From Promethearchaeota archaeon (GTDB taxonomy: Archaea; Asgardarchaeota; Lokiarchaeia; Sigyniarchaeales; SOKP01): a DNA stretch of 13,608 nt. Position numbers and translations under genes: made by a program. This document shows positions 1 through 7,217 of the stretch, in pieces (within the stretch, counting starts at the first letter, position 1; every line of letters starts with the position of its first letter). The stretch is from positions 1 to 13,608 of the forward strand of contig JAGXNO010000071.1 in NCBI GenBank assembly GCA_019894975.1, read 5' to 3'. A model generated the notes under the pieces. That model ran no database searches, was not told the origin of the DNA, and saw nothing but the letters and a program-made list of their open reading frames with translations.

Positions 1-1671
1 GGAATAGCCGGAGCATTAGTAAATATTAGTATAAGTAATACTTCTTTATATTCTATTGTTGATGAAAGTGCTGGAATATATAATATCGAATTTAGCACTC
101 TTTTTATTGATACCATTGGAATCTATCAGCTAAGCATTAATTTCTCTGCTGTAAGCTATGAACCACAATACTATATTTATCAATTTCAAATAACAAAGCA
201 GTCAGTAAATCTATCTACTTATTTCAATTCTGTAGAAATAAGCGAAAATTCTCTTATGGAAACAGTATTTAACCAAGAGCTTAATATATCTGTAAAAGCA
301 ACTTCAATTATAGATCGAGAAGATCTAAGTGTTGGCGTGATAACTTTCATAAGCGGTACTTATCAGAAAAATTTAACAATACAACCCAACTTCTGGTATA
401 ATAGCTCTATTATTTGCTCACCTGGCAACTTCTCCTTAGGAATTAATTTAGTTTATCTGCAATTTACTGATCCTAATTATAAGACAGCCACGTTTGGTTT
501 TCAATTATTAGTTAATCAAATAGATATAGATGTTGATCCTATTGGTTTCGAAGATACTATAAACGCTGAAATTGGTCAAACAATAAATATTGAACTGCAG
601 TTATCAGATCCTAATACAGATGATCTAATTGAAGATGCTATTATAACGTATACTTGGAGTTATGGAATCGGCACAATTAACCAAACTATTCCGGGAACTT
701 ATGAAATCAATGTAAAACTCCCAGAAGGATTACAAGGAAATTATAGATTTGATATTATCATTACACCTAATAGTTCAATATATAAATCAACTCAATTTTC
801 ATTTATAGTGGTCATTGGTGAACCTGTTATCGGTGGAAATGATTTTCCAAGTCTACTATTATGGATAATTATTGGTGTTTTAGTGTCAGTAGCAAGCGTT
901 CTTGGAGTGTTAAGTCTAAGATCTTACGTAATCTTACCAAGAAAGAGGAAGAAGGAAGCAGAATTGTTATCAAAAACGCAAAGATTTAAAGATCTTAAAA
1001 ATATCCAAGCTATTGTAGTAATACATAAAATGAGTGGTATCCCAATTTATTCAAAGGCTTATTCAATCTTAGAAAAACATAAAAAAGAACTGTTTTCAGG
1101 ATTTATCCAAGCAATAACGACCGTAGGAGAAGAATTTTCTGAAGAAGATAGAGATGTACAAGATTCTAAGGATTCTCCAAGTTTTTATGGTACTGAGAAG
1201 ATTCTTGAATTAGATTTCAAATATTTCTACTGCCTAATCGCGGATAAAGAAGATGTAAGAGTTGTTTTTGTGCTTAGAAACAAGTCCTCTGAAAGATTAA
1301 GAAGTCAGGTTTCTAATTTAATTCTAGCCCTAAATCTAAAAATATCAAGAGAATTGGAAAATTGGGATGGTTCATTAGATATTTTCGAAGCAACCGTCCC
1401 TTCAATAATAAATGAGTACTTTGAATTATATTATAAAGGTTCTTTTAGGTTGTCTACTAAGATTGATCTCCTTACATTAAGAAAAGATAAGAGCTTCTCA
1501 AAATTGGAAATCCGTGCATTAAACGTAATTCAATCAGTATCAAAGCGGAACAATAATATTGTCAATTTGGATGACATCATAGAATTAGTGAGTGAAGAAA
1601 ATAAAGATCTCATCATAGAAGCTATTGAAGTATTAATTGAACGGAAAATGATTACACCTATTAATCCTTAA
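1..1671 (+). CDS. Single-pass membrane protein, 5'-truncated by window: beta-rich (Ig-like) ectodomain, TM helix, cytoplasmic longin-like domain, C-terminal winged-helix-like domain
   Basis: The frame is open from base 1 (GIAGALVNISISNTSLYSIVDESAGIYNIEF...), so ATG 256 is internal. There are many N-x-S/T sequons and alternating beta-strand patterns. TM LLLWIIIGVLVSVASVLGVLSL is followed by basic RKRKK. Longin pattern IQAIVVIHKMSGIPIY...LFSGFIQAITTV. C-terminal LEIRALNVI...LDDIIEL...IIEAIEVLIERKMI looks wHTH-like. Confidence 0.8.
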   Translation, partial: GIAGALVNISISNTSLYSIVDESAGIYNIEFSTLFIDTIGIYQLSINFSAVSYEPQYYIYQFQITKQSVNLSTYFNSVEISENSLMETVFNQELNISVKATSIIDREDLSVGVITFISGTYQKNLTIQPNFWYNSSIICSPGNFSLGINLVYLQFTDPNYKTATFGFQLLVNQIDIDVDPIGFEDTINAEIGQTINIELQLSDPNTDDLIEDAIITYTWSYGIGTINQTIPGTYEINVKLPEGLQGNYRFDIIITPNSSIYKSTQFSFIVVIGEPVIGGNDFPSLLLWIIIGVLVSVASVLGVLSLRSYVILPRKRKKEAELLSKTQRFKDLKNIQAIVVIHKMSGIPIYSKAYSILEKHKKELFSGFIQAITTVGEEFSEEDRDVQDSKDSPSFYGTEKILELDFKYFYCLIADKEDVRVVFVLRNKSSERLRSQVSNLILALNLKISRELENWDGSLDIFEATVPSIINEYFELYYKGSFRLSTKIDLLTLRKDKSFSKLEIRALNVIQSVSKRNNNIVNLDDIIELVSEENKDLIIEAIEVLIERKMITPINP

Positions 1672-1718
1672 TTTAATAATAAAAAAATTCAAATTTTTAT
1701 TTTCTTTTTCTATTTTTA

Positions 1719-2339
1719 ATGGATAATCCTAATGAATTAAGATTCGTCTGTACTAGATGTGGAAACTGTTGTACGGATAGAAATACACTTGTAAATGTGA
1801 CTTCTTTAGATATCTTGAGGATTATCAAGGGATTAAAATTAGATCTCACTGAAGCACTTGAAATCTTTGGATTCTATGTTTTTGATAAAACCCTAACTAC
1901 TAGCGACTTCAAAAAAATGGTAATCCCTCCAGCAAAAACTGAAAGAGGGTTAGCATTTTTGGGTCTTATGAAAAATAGTCAAGGTAAGTGTTGTTTTTAT
2001 GATCTTACAAAAAAAAAATGTTTGATATATGAATTAAGGCCAATTTTTTGTAAATCTTTCCCATTTACATTTTACCCCTCTCTGGATAAAGAAATAAGTA
2101 GTAAAGAAAGTGCTGCTATTTGCTATACTGAAAAAGCTAAGGAGTATTGTCCTGGAATAGATGGTGACTCTCCTTTAGTTGACTTTAATTATTTAGTCGA
2201 TTTAGCACAAAAAACCTTAAAAGAATTGAGAGACAACCACTCTTTTATTGAACACTGGAATAAAGAAGTTAGTAATAACCAAATATCTCCTTCAGCTAAG
2301 AATTTTCTAAAAAATATTTTTAATATAAGTGAAGATTAG
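1719..2339 (+). CDS. YkgJ-family CxxCxxCC cysteine-cluster protein (putative Zn/Fe-S binding)
   Basis: FVCTRCGNCC, CCFYD....CLIYELRPIFCKSFPF and a later CPG match the CxxCxxCC family pattern. Confidence 0.88.
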   Translation: MDNPNELRFVCTRCGNCCTDRNTLVNVTSLDILRIIKGLKLDLTEALEIFGFYVFDKTLTTSDFKKMVIPPAKTERGLAFLGLMKNSQGKCCFYDLTKKKCLIYELRPIFCKSFPFTFYPSLDKEISSKESAAICYTEKAKEYCPGIDGDSPLVDFNYLVDLAQKTLKELRDNHSFIEHWNKEVSNNQISPSAKNFLKNIFNISED

Positions 2340-2381
2340 GACACTAAACTTGAACATCTGTATCAATTATGTAATGGAAAA

Positions 2382-4151
2382 TTAAAAATTAACTATATTA
2401 TTAGGAGAGTATTGAGTACAAGCTAATAAAGCCCAAAACAACATCCTTAACTCAATTTTATAAGCGATCTTATCAATGCGCCAATTAAAATCCTTTTCAA
2501 GATTGTCAAGGGTAAAGAAATCAGTAGTATTCATAACATATTGAAGCAACCGACTACACAATACGGACTCTTGATCTTTTAAATCAAGTAAATCTAAAAT
2601 TAATAAAGTTCTGGCAGAATCAGTTATTTGATCCCCAATCGATCCTTTAGAAGTTAACCTTTTCTTAATTTCATCAATATAGGGTGTTTTGAATCTAGAT
2701 AAATTTACATTTTTGTCCAATATACTAAGGATAGAGAGGTGACTATATATATCAAGGGTGGGGCTAATATTTTTCATGTTTAACACATCTAAATTTAATA
2801 ACTGATTAATTAAATTGCCTTTCCTTGATGATATTATTTCACTTTTCGCTAACAGTTTCAGGCTAAGGAAAGTGTGGTAGTTCGTTCTTAATTTGTTAGG
2901 CATAACATTTATAATGTTCCTTTTGAGAAATTCTTCTGTTGAATTAAGATTTATGATATTAGTTCGATGTATAAGATCCAGTTCAGTTATTATTGATAAT
3001 CCATAAAAAATACTAATTGAATCAGATACCGAATATCTTGAGGTACTAAAAGTCATTTCATTGACATAATTTCTTAGAAAATCAATAATCTCAATAGGAG
3101 CGAAAGGAAATTCTATTGCTGCCATTTTTAGGATTGATACGTAGTAAAACATGATTTCTAAATCTAAAAAATCAGGATTAACAATCCTTGAGTTTAGTAA
3201 ATTTGTAATGTTTATTCTAAATTTGTTTAGGAATTCACTATGAACAGTGGGGAGATTACCAAAATAATCAAGGAAATTCTTTTTGGCACTTTCAAAAGTT
3301 ATATCTTTTTTTATCAAATTAGAATTTATTAGATTAGTTTGGGGCATTGACGAGGGAGGCAAGTTAACATGTTCCATGGATTTAGGGGTTTCTGATTGGT
3401 TTAAAGTAGTTTTTAATTGTTCCAAAGAAGATGTTAATAATTTTTTTTTAGGTATTTTAAGTGTTTCGATTATATCTTTCTTCGCTTCTTGTAGTTGAGT
3501 CAAAATATTGGGTTCTTCCCCAGTTTTTTTACCTTCTTTATTTTTTTCTTCTTCTGTATTCATATTGTTATTGTTTTGTGTGTTTGGATTTAGGTTATAT
3601 GATTTTATGTTAATAGATAAATCTGAGAAATTTAAATTTTCTTCAATAGCTGGAAATGAAAAAAAAGATTTTGTCCTCGAATTTACAAAAGTTTCCTTAA
3701 ACTCATGTAACCCATCAATAAAGTTCTGTGGAATCAGTTTGAATAACTTTAACGTTTCTATTTTCTTTGCATCCGTGTCCAAGACAAAATCAATTAAAAT
3801 TTCAAAGAGAATTTTATTAATATAACTTTTCAGGTATAACTCTAAGAAAGCACCATAATTATGCAACTCCGTTCTCTTTGTTTCCACTTCCTTCAAGTAA
3901 ATATTCTGAATTTTTGATAGTTTATCAATTGGTACCCCAATAGTATTTAAACCCGTTTTAACGGACTTCAACATTAATAAAAGTGTAGTTTTTATACTTT
4001 CTTCAGTCTGTTCTAATGTTTCCTCTTTTAGATCAATGTTTTTATATGAAACAAGATCTTTGAGATACAGGTGAGTTTTATCATAATATTCTAAAACCTC
4101 GTTTCGTAATGATTGAAGAAACTTTGTAAGTAAGACAATCCGTTCTTCCAT
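2382..4151 (-). CDS. Hypothetical protein: N-terminal helical domain, low-complexity linker, C-terminal prenyltransferase/terpenoid-cyclase-like alpha/alpha toroid
   Basis: 589-aa ORF with AGGA just upstream of the ATG. Six periodic hydrophobic helices (IMFYYVSILKM, SIFYGLSIITEL, TNYHTFLSLKLL, DIYSHLSILSIL, DSARTLLILDLL, RMLFWALLAC) alternate with amphipathic helices. The CDS is secure; the fold is inferred. Confidence 0.6.
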   Translation of the reverse strand: MEERIVLLTKFLQSLRNEVLEYYDKTHLYLKDLVSYKNIDLKEETLEQTEESIKTTLLLMLKSVKTGLNTIGVPIDKLSKIQNIYLKEVETKRTELHNYGAFLELYLKSYINKILFEILIDFVLDTDAKKIETLKLFKLIPQNFIDGLHEFKETFVNSRTKSFFSFPAIEENLNFSDLSINIKSYNLNPNTQNNNNMNTEEEKNKEGKKTGEEPNILTQLQEAKKDIIETLKIPKKKLLTSSLEQLKTTLNQSETPKSMEHVNLPPSSMPQTNLINSNLIKKDITFESAKKNFLDYFGNLPTVHSEFLNKFRINITNLLNSRIVNPDFLDLEIMFYYVSILKMAAIEFPFAPIEIIDFLRNYVNEMTFSTSRYSVSDSISIFYGLSIITELDLIHRTNIINLNSTEEFLKRNIINVMPNKLRTNYHTFLSLKLLAKSEIISSRKGNLINQLLNLDVLNMKNISPTLDIYSHLSILSILDKNVNLSRFKTPYIDEIKKRLTSKGSIGDQITDSARTLLILDLLDLKDQESVLCSRLLQYVMNTTDFFTLDNLEKDFNWRIDKIAYKIELRMLFWALLACTQYSPNNIVNF

Positions 4152-4218
4152 ATCCTAAATCCCTAATATAATCATTAATATATATTGAAAATTATATATC
4201 ATATTAAGATTTATATGT

Positions 4219-4235
4219 AAAAAGCAATTTTAAAT
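4219..4235 (+). promoter_or_regulatory. Putative BRE+TATA for the methyltransferase gene (probably leaderless transcript)
   Basis: AAAAAGCAA-TTTTAAAT ends 24 nt before ATG 4260, and there is no SD. The AT-rich background lowers specificity. Confidence 0.4.
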
Positions 4236-4259
4236 CCAAAAACTAAAATTTTTCATTTC

Positions 4260-5000
4260 ATGGAGGATCATAACTACAACCAGATTGCTAAGGATTATCA
4301 TTCAAAAAGAAGAAAGCCATGGAGACCCCTAGAATTCTTTATGACCTATTTAGAACGCAAAAAATATGATTTTGGGGGAATAGGATTAGATTTAGGATGT
4401 GCTAATGGTAGAAATTTTAAAATTTTAGGAACTTCCCCAAAAAAACTGGTAGGGGTTGATCTCTCTCTTGAATTCCTAAAAATTGCCAACAATGATTTAA
4501 AAAATTCTTCTCATTATTCAAAAACCGACTCAAATTTAATTCAACTTCTTCTAGCGGATATAAGATATCTCCCAATTAGGAAAGAATCAATCCAAAATAT
4601 TTTCTCAATAGCCACAATTCATCATATTAAAAATAAAGCAGATAGAAAAGATTTAATATCACAAATAAAATGTATCTTAAAAAAGGATGGTAATCTAATT
4701 GTAACGGTATGGCGCAAATGGCAAAATAAATATAGAAGTTATTTCCTCTTAGATGGATTTAAAAGAAGGTTTATGAAAAAATATAGAGAATTGCAAAAAA
4801 TCGACGGATTAAAGGAATACGGAGATAAGATTGTCCCATGGACACTTTCAAAGGAAAGAAAAACATATCATAGGTTTTACCACTTCTTCTCTAAACGTGA
4901 GATCAAGAAATTATTAAAGAATTTTGAACTAAAAGAGTTTAAAATAATGGGAGGCGCGAGTGATAACGATAATTTCTTTATCTTCGTTCAAAAAAGATAA
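4260..5000 (+). CDS. Class I SAM-dependent methyltransferase, Trm9/ALKBH8-like (putative tRNA cm5U34 carboxyl methyltransferase)
   Basis: YNQIAKDYHSKRRKPW (Trm9-type Y..IA..F...R.KPW), motif I LDLGCANGRN, SIATIHHI, IVPW and YHRFYHFF, in the order seen in Trm9. Confidence 0.8.
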   Translation: MEDHNYNQIAKDYHSKRRKPWRPLEFFMTYLERKKYDFGGIGLDLGCANGRNFKILGTSPKKLVGVDLSLEFLKIANNDLKNSSHYSKTDSNLIQLLLADIRYLPIRKESIQNIFSIATIHHIKNKADRKDLISQIKCILKKDGNLIVTVWRKWQNKYRSYFLLDGFKRRFMKKYRELQKIDGLKEYGDKIVPWTLSKERKTYHRFYHFFSKREIKKLLKNFELKEFKIMGGASDNDNFFIFVQKR

Positions 5001-5492
5001 CTAATGACACTCAACAGTTTGATATGATTTTATTATGTAAGGTTCATAATTTTCATACATACTATCTATTATAGAGGTATGAAGGTTTACTAATCTTTCA
5101 GATGATTCACAGTAAAAAATACCGTGTATTACTTTTTCAACATAGTACCTTTTTCTAATCATTTTCCTTCGGTGACCAAACCAATATGTGAATTCATGAC
5201 TCATCAACCAGTCTCTATCTTTTTTCGTAACCACTATACCGATTGCATTATATATTTCAATACTATTCTCCACTTCTTTATAATAAAACAAGTTTGCCCT
5301 ATCTTTTTTTTCCCATTTTATCTCAAATTTGGTGTTTGAACCCCAAATTTCATCATAGTCATCTTGAGAATGTAAAATTATATATCCATTATTTTCGTCA
5401 CCATTATATTCTATTTCTTTAAACCAAATGGGCATTTTGTTGACAATTAGATTACACTCTGGTTTATTATAAACGAAATAATTATATTCCAT
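5001..5492 (-). CDS. Hypothetical protein (163 aa) ending in Cys-His
   Basis: The ORF track starts it at TTG 5513. ATG 5492 is preferred because GGGAGA lies immediately upstream. A TTTTATAAA box lies at about 5558-5566 on the minus strand. Confidence 0.75.
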   Translation of the reverse strand: MEYNYFVYNKPECNLIVNKMPIWFKEIEYNGDENNGYIILHSQDDYDEIWGSNTKFEIKWEKKDRANLFYYKEVENSIEIYNAIGIVVTKKDRDWLMSHEFTYWFGHRRKMIRKRYYVEKVIHGIFYCESSERLVNLHTSIIDSMYENYEPYIIKSYQTVECH

Positions 5493-5638
5493 ATATCTCC
5501 CTGTTGTGTGCAATTTTGTTTTAATTGAATAATCTTACTTCTAAGATAAATTAAGTATTTATAAAACTTCTGATATATGATAATCCTTTCAAATTAAAAA
5601 TTTAATAAGGGTTTTAAGAAGTAGAATAATTAATTTTA

Positions 5639-6238
5639 TTATTTGACTATTTCTTTCCCATCTTCAATCCAATTTTTACACCTATCAACAGAAACACCTT
5701 TGATCAATGGAGCGATTTCTTCAGGATTCTCTTTACATAGATCTTCAACAGAAGTTATCCCAAGTTCAATAAATTTTTTCGCAGTAGCTGCTCCCAATCC
5801 AGGTAGTTCAGTCAGAGGAGTACCCTTTTCTTCAATCTTGGTTTTTTCAGCTTTTGCAGATTTTACTTTCTCTTTTTTTACTGTTTTTGGTTTTTCTTTG
5901 ATAGTGGGTTCTATAGGCGCTTTAGTTAAAACTTTTCTGGGCTTTGTTTTAGGCTCATCTTTCATTGGCTTAAAAGGGGTCCTTTTCCTCTCCTTTGGGA
6001 TGAAAGGCTTCCTTTTATCTTTGGTTTTATCATCGATTTTTAAAGTTTTAAGGACTTCAATATTTTTTTGATAAGTAGATTTTCTGAAATAATCTATATC
6101 AATATTGAGTTCTTTCAGTTGAGCTAAATCTCTTCCTGATTGTCTAATCTCTTCCAAAGAAAAGCCTTTAGCTTTTCTCCAATCTGAAGTCTTCGAGGGG
6201 CTTTTTACCGTAGCAAATACTTCTGCGTTACTCACCAT
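5639..6238 (-). CDS. rpl13e: Ribosomal protein eL13 (L13e) fused through a Lys/Pro/Glu-rich linker to a C-terminal tandem helix-hairpin-helix domain
   Basis: WRKAKGFSLEEIRQSG...LNIDIDYFRKSTYQKNIEVLK matches archaeal eL13 (R.GRGFS..EL..AG...GI.VD.RR.S...N...L). LTELPGLGAATAKKF.ELGITSVEDL...IKGVS is a HhH-5/RadA-N-like domain. Start placed at ATG 6238; GTG 6247 or 6235 are alternatives. Confidence 0.82.
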   Translation of the reverse strand: MVSNAEVFATVKSPSKTSDWRKAKGFSLEEIRQSGRDLAQLKELNIDIDYFRKSTYQKNIEVLKTLKIDDKTKDKRKPFIPKERKRTPFKPMKDEPKTKPRKVLTKAPIEPTIKEKPKTVKKEKVKSAKAEKTKIEEKGTPLTELPGLGAATAKKFIELGITSVEDLCKENPEEIAPLIKGVSVDRCKNWIEDGKEIVK

Positions 6239-6300
6239 AATAATCACATAATAATAATGTAATTTTGATAAATTAGGGAAACTTTTATTTTTTTCTATTT

Positions 6301-6314
6301 ACTGAATATTCAGT
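6301..6314. promoter_or_regulatory. Perfect 14-bp palindrome ACTGAATATTCAGT upstream of rpl13e
   Basis: Exactly self-complementary, intergenic, and overlapping the edge of a TTTAAA box at 6314-6319. Function is inferred. Confidence 0.4.
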
Positions 6315-6375
6315 TTAAATTAATCTGGTATAACACCATTTCATTTAGTTCTTAAGAATAATGTAGAAATATATC

Positions 6376-7011
6376 TTAAATATTTATAACATCTAATTTT
6401 TCTAACTTTTTAAGAGAATCAAATATCTCATTTTTCTTTTTTTTAAGTATTCTTGAAATCTTCAAGGGAGAATTCTCTCCGGTGCATAGTAACGCGATTT
6501 CAAAATCAAGTTGTTCGATTGTTCCCATTAAAATAACCTTTTCTAAGACATTTTTTGCAACAAGTAATTTTGGAAAAACTTCCCCTATTTTTCCCCCCAT
6601 AGTGAGATTTTCTATATCAGCATTCAGTGTTTGAAACCTCCCTTTTTCTGTGGTGGTCCTGAAAATCTTGAGATCTGACTGATGTTTTTTCCAAAATCTA
6701 TTTGCAATTTTATGAATTACCCCTTTTATCTTGTCAGTATCATCATCAGCATCTGAAATCGAACAAAACATTATTCTTGATAAAGGATGGTAATAAATAA
6801 GAATCGTTGAGTCTTCGGATTCAACCAGTCGATTCATTTCATTTACTCGTCTTCCCTTAGCCATAGATTCTTGTATTATATCAATAGTTTTATTGATAAT
6901 ATTAAAGAATCCTGTCAAAGTAATATCTTGAATTTTCTTTAATTTCTTAAATGTCGTCTCAAAAAGTGCTATACCATTATCAGCATCTATTAGATATACC
7001 TTATAGATAAT
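6376..7011 (-). CDS. Soluble longin-like domain protein with C-terminal winged-helix domain; probable non-canonical (ATT) start
   Basis: The frame is open upstream of TTG 6918 to a TAG at 7024-7026. It encodes IIYKVYLIDADNGIALFETTF...TLTGFFNII, the longin beta1-beta2-alpha1 pattern. C-terminal LDFEIALLCTGENSPLKISRIL....EIFDSLKKLEKLDVI is wHTH-like. Confidence 0.75.
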   Translation of the reverse strand: MIYKVYLIDADNGIALFETTFKKLKKIQDITLTGFFNIINKTIDIIQESMAKGRRVNEMNRLVESEDSTILIYYHPLSRIMFCSISDADDDTDKIKGVIHKIANRFWKKHQSDLKIFRTTTEKGRFQTLNADIENLTMGGKIGEVFPKLLVAKNVLEKVILMGTIEQLDFEIALLCTGENSPLKISRILKKKKNEIFDSLKKLEKLDVINI

Positions 7012-7017
7012 TAGATT

Positions 7018-7070
7018 CTCAACCTACCTTTTATTGGTTCAAAATTTTAATTTTTAAAAATAATTTTCTC
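7018..7070 (-). promoter_or_regulatory. Putative TATA box and SD-like element for the longin-wHTH gene
   Basis: Minus strand reads GAGAAAATTA-TTTTTAAAAA (7070-7051), then AAGGTAGGTTGAG (7030-7018), ending 6 nt before ATT 7011. Confidence 0.4.
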
Positions 7071-7104
7071 AATAAAAACATATAAATATCCAATAATAAA
7101 AATA

Positions 7105-7135
7105 TGTGAAAATGATCTTGGGATATATTTTCACA
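7105..7135. repeat. Inverted repeat TGTGAAAAT-N13-ATTTTCACA in a divergent promoter region
   Basis: Perfect 9-bp arms at 7105-7113 and 7127-7135. The spacer has additional ATC/GAT complementarity. Confidence 0.6.
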
Positions 7136-7217
7136 CGATATTTCCTAAAGAAATAAAATTATAAGTCGAAAGTTACATACATTTTATAATAATTATATAT
7201 ACTCAGCCATTTTAATT

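Noticed and set aside
3283-3825. Plus-strand ORFs 3283-3498 and 3508-3825
   Set aside because: Antisense shadows of the 589-aa gene. Their Phe/Ser/Leu richness mirrors its Lys/Glu codons, and they have no motifs.
5124-6071. Plus-strand ORFs 5124-5339 and 5643-6071
   Set aside because: Fully antisense to better-supported genes. The apparent hydrophobicity of the second comes from the Lys-rich eL13 linker.
6349-6358. Palindrome TTCTTAAGAA and similar short AT-rich palindromes
   Set aside because: Expected by chance at this base composition.
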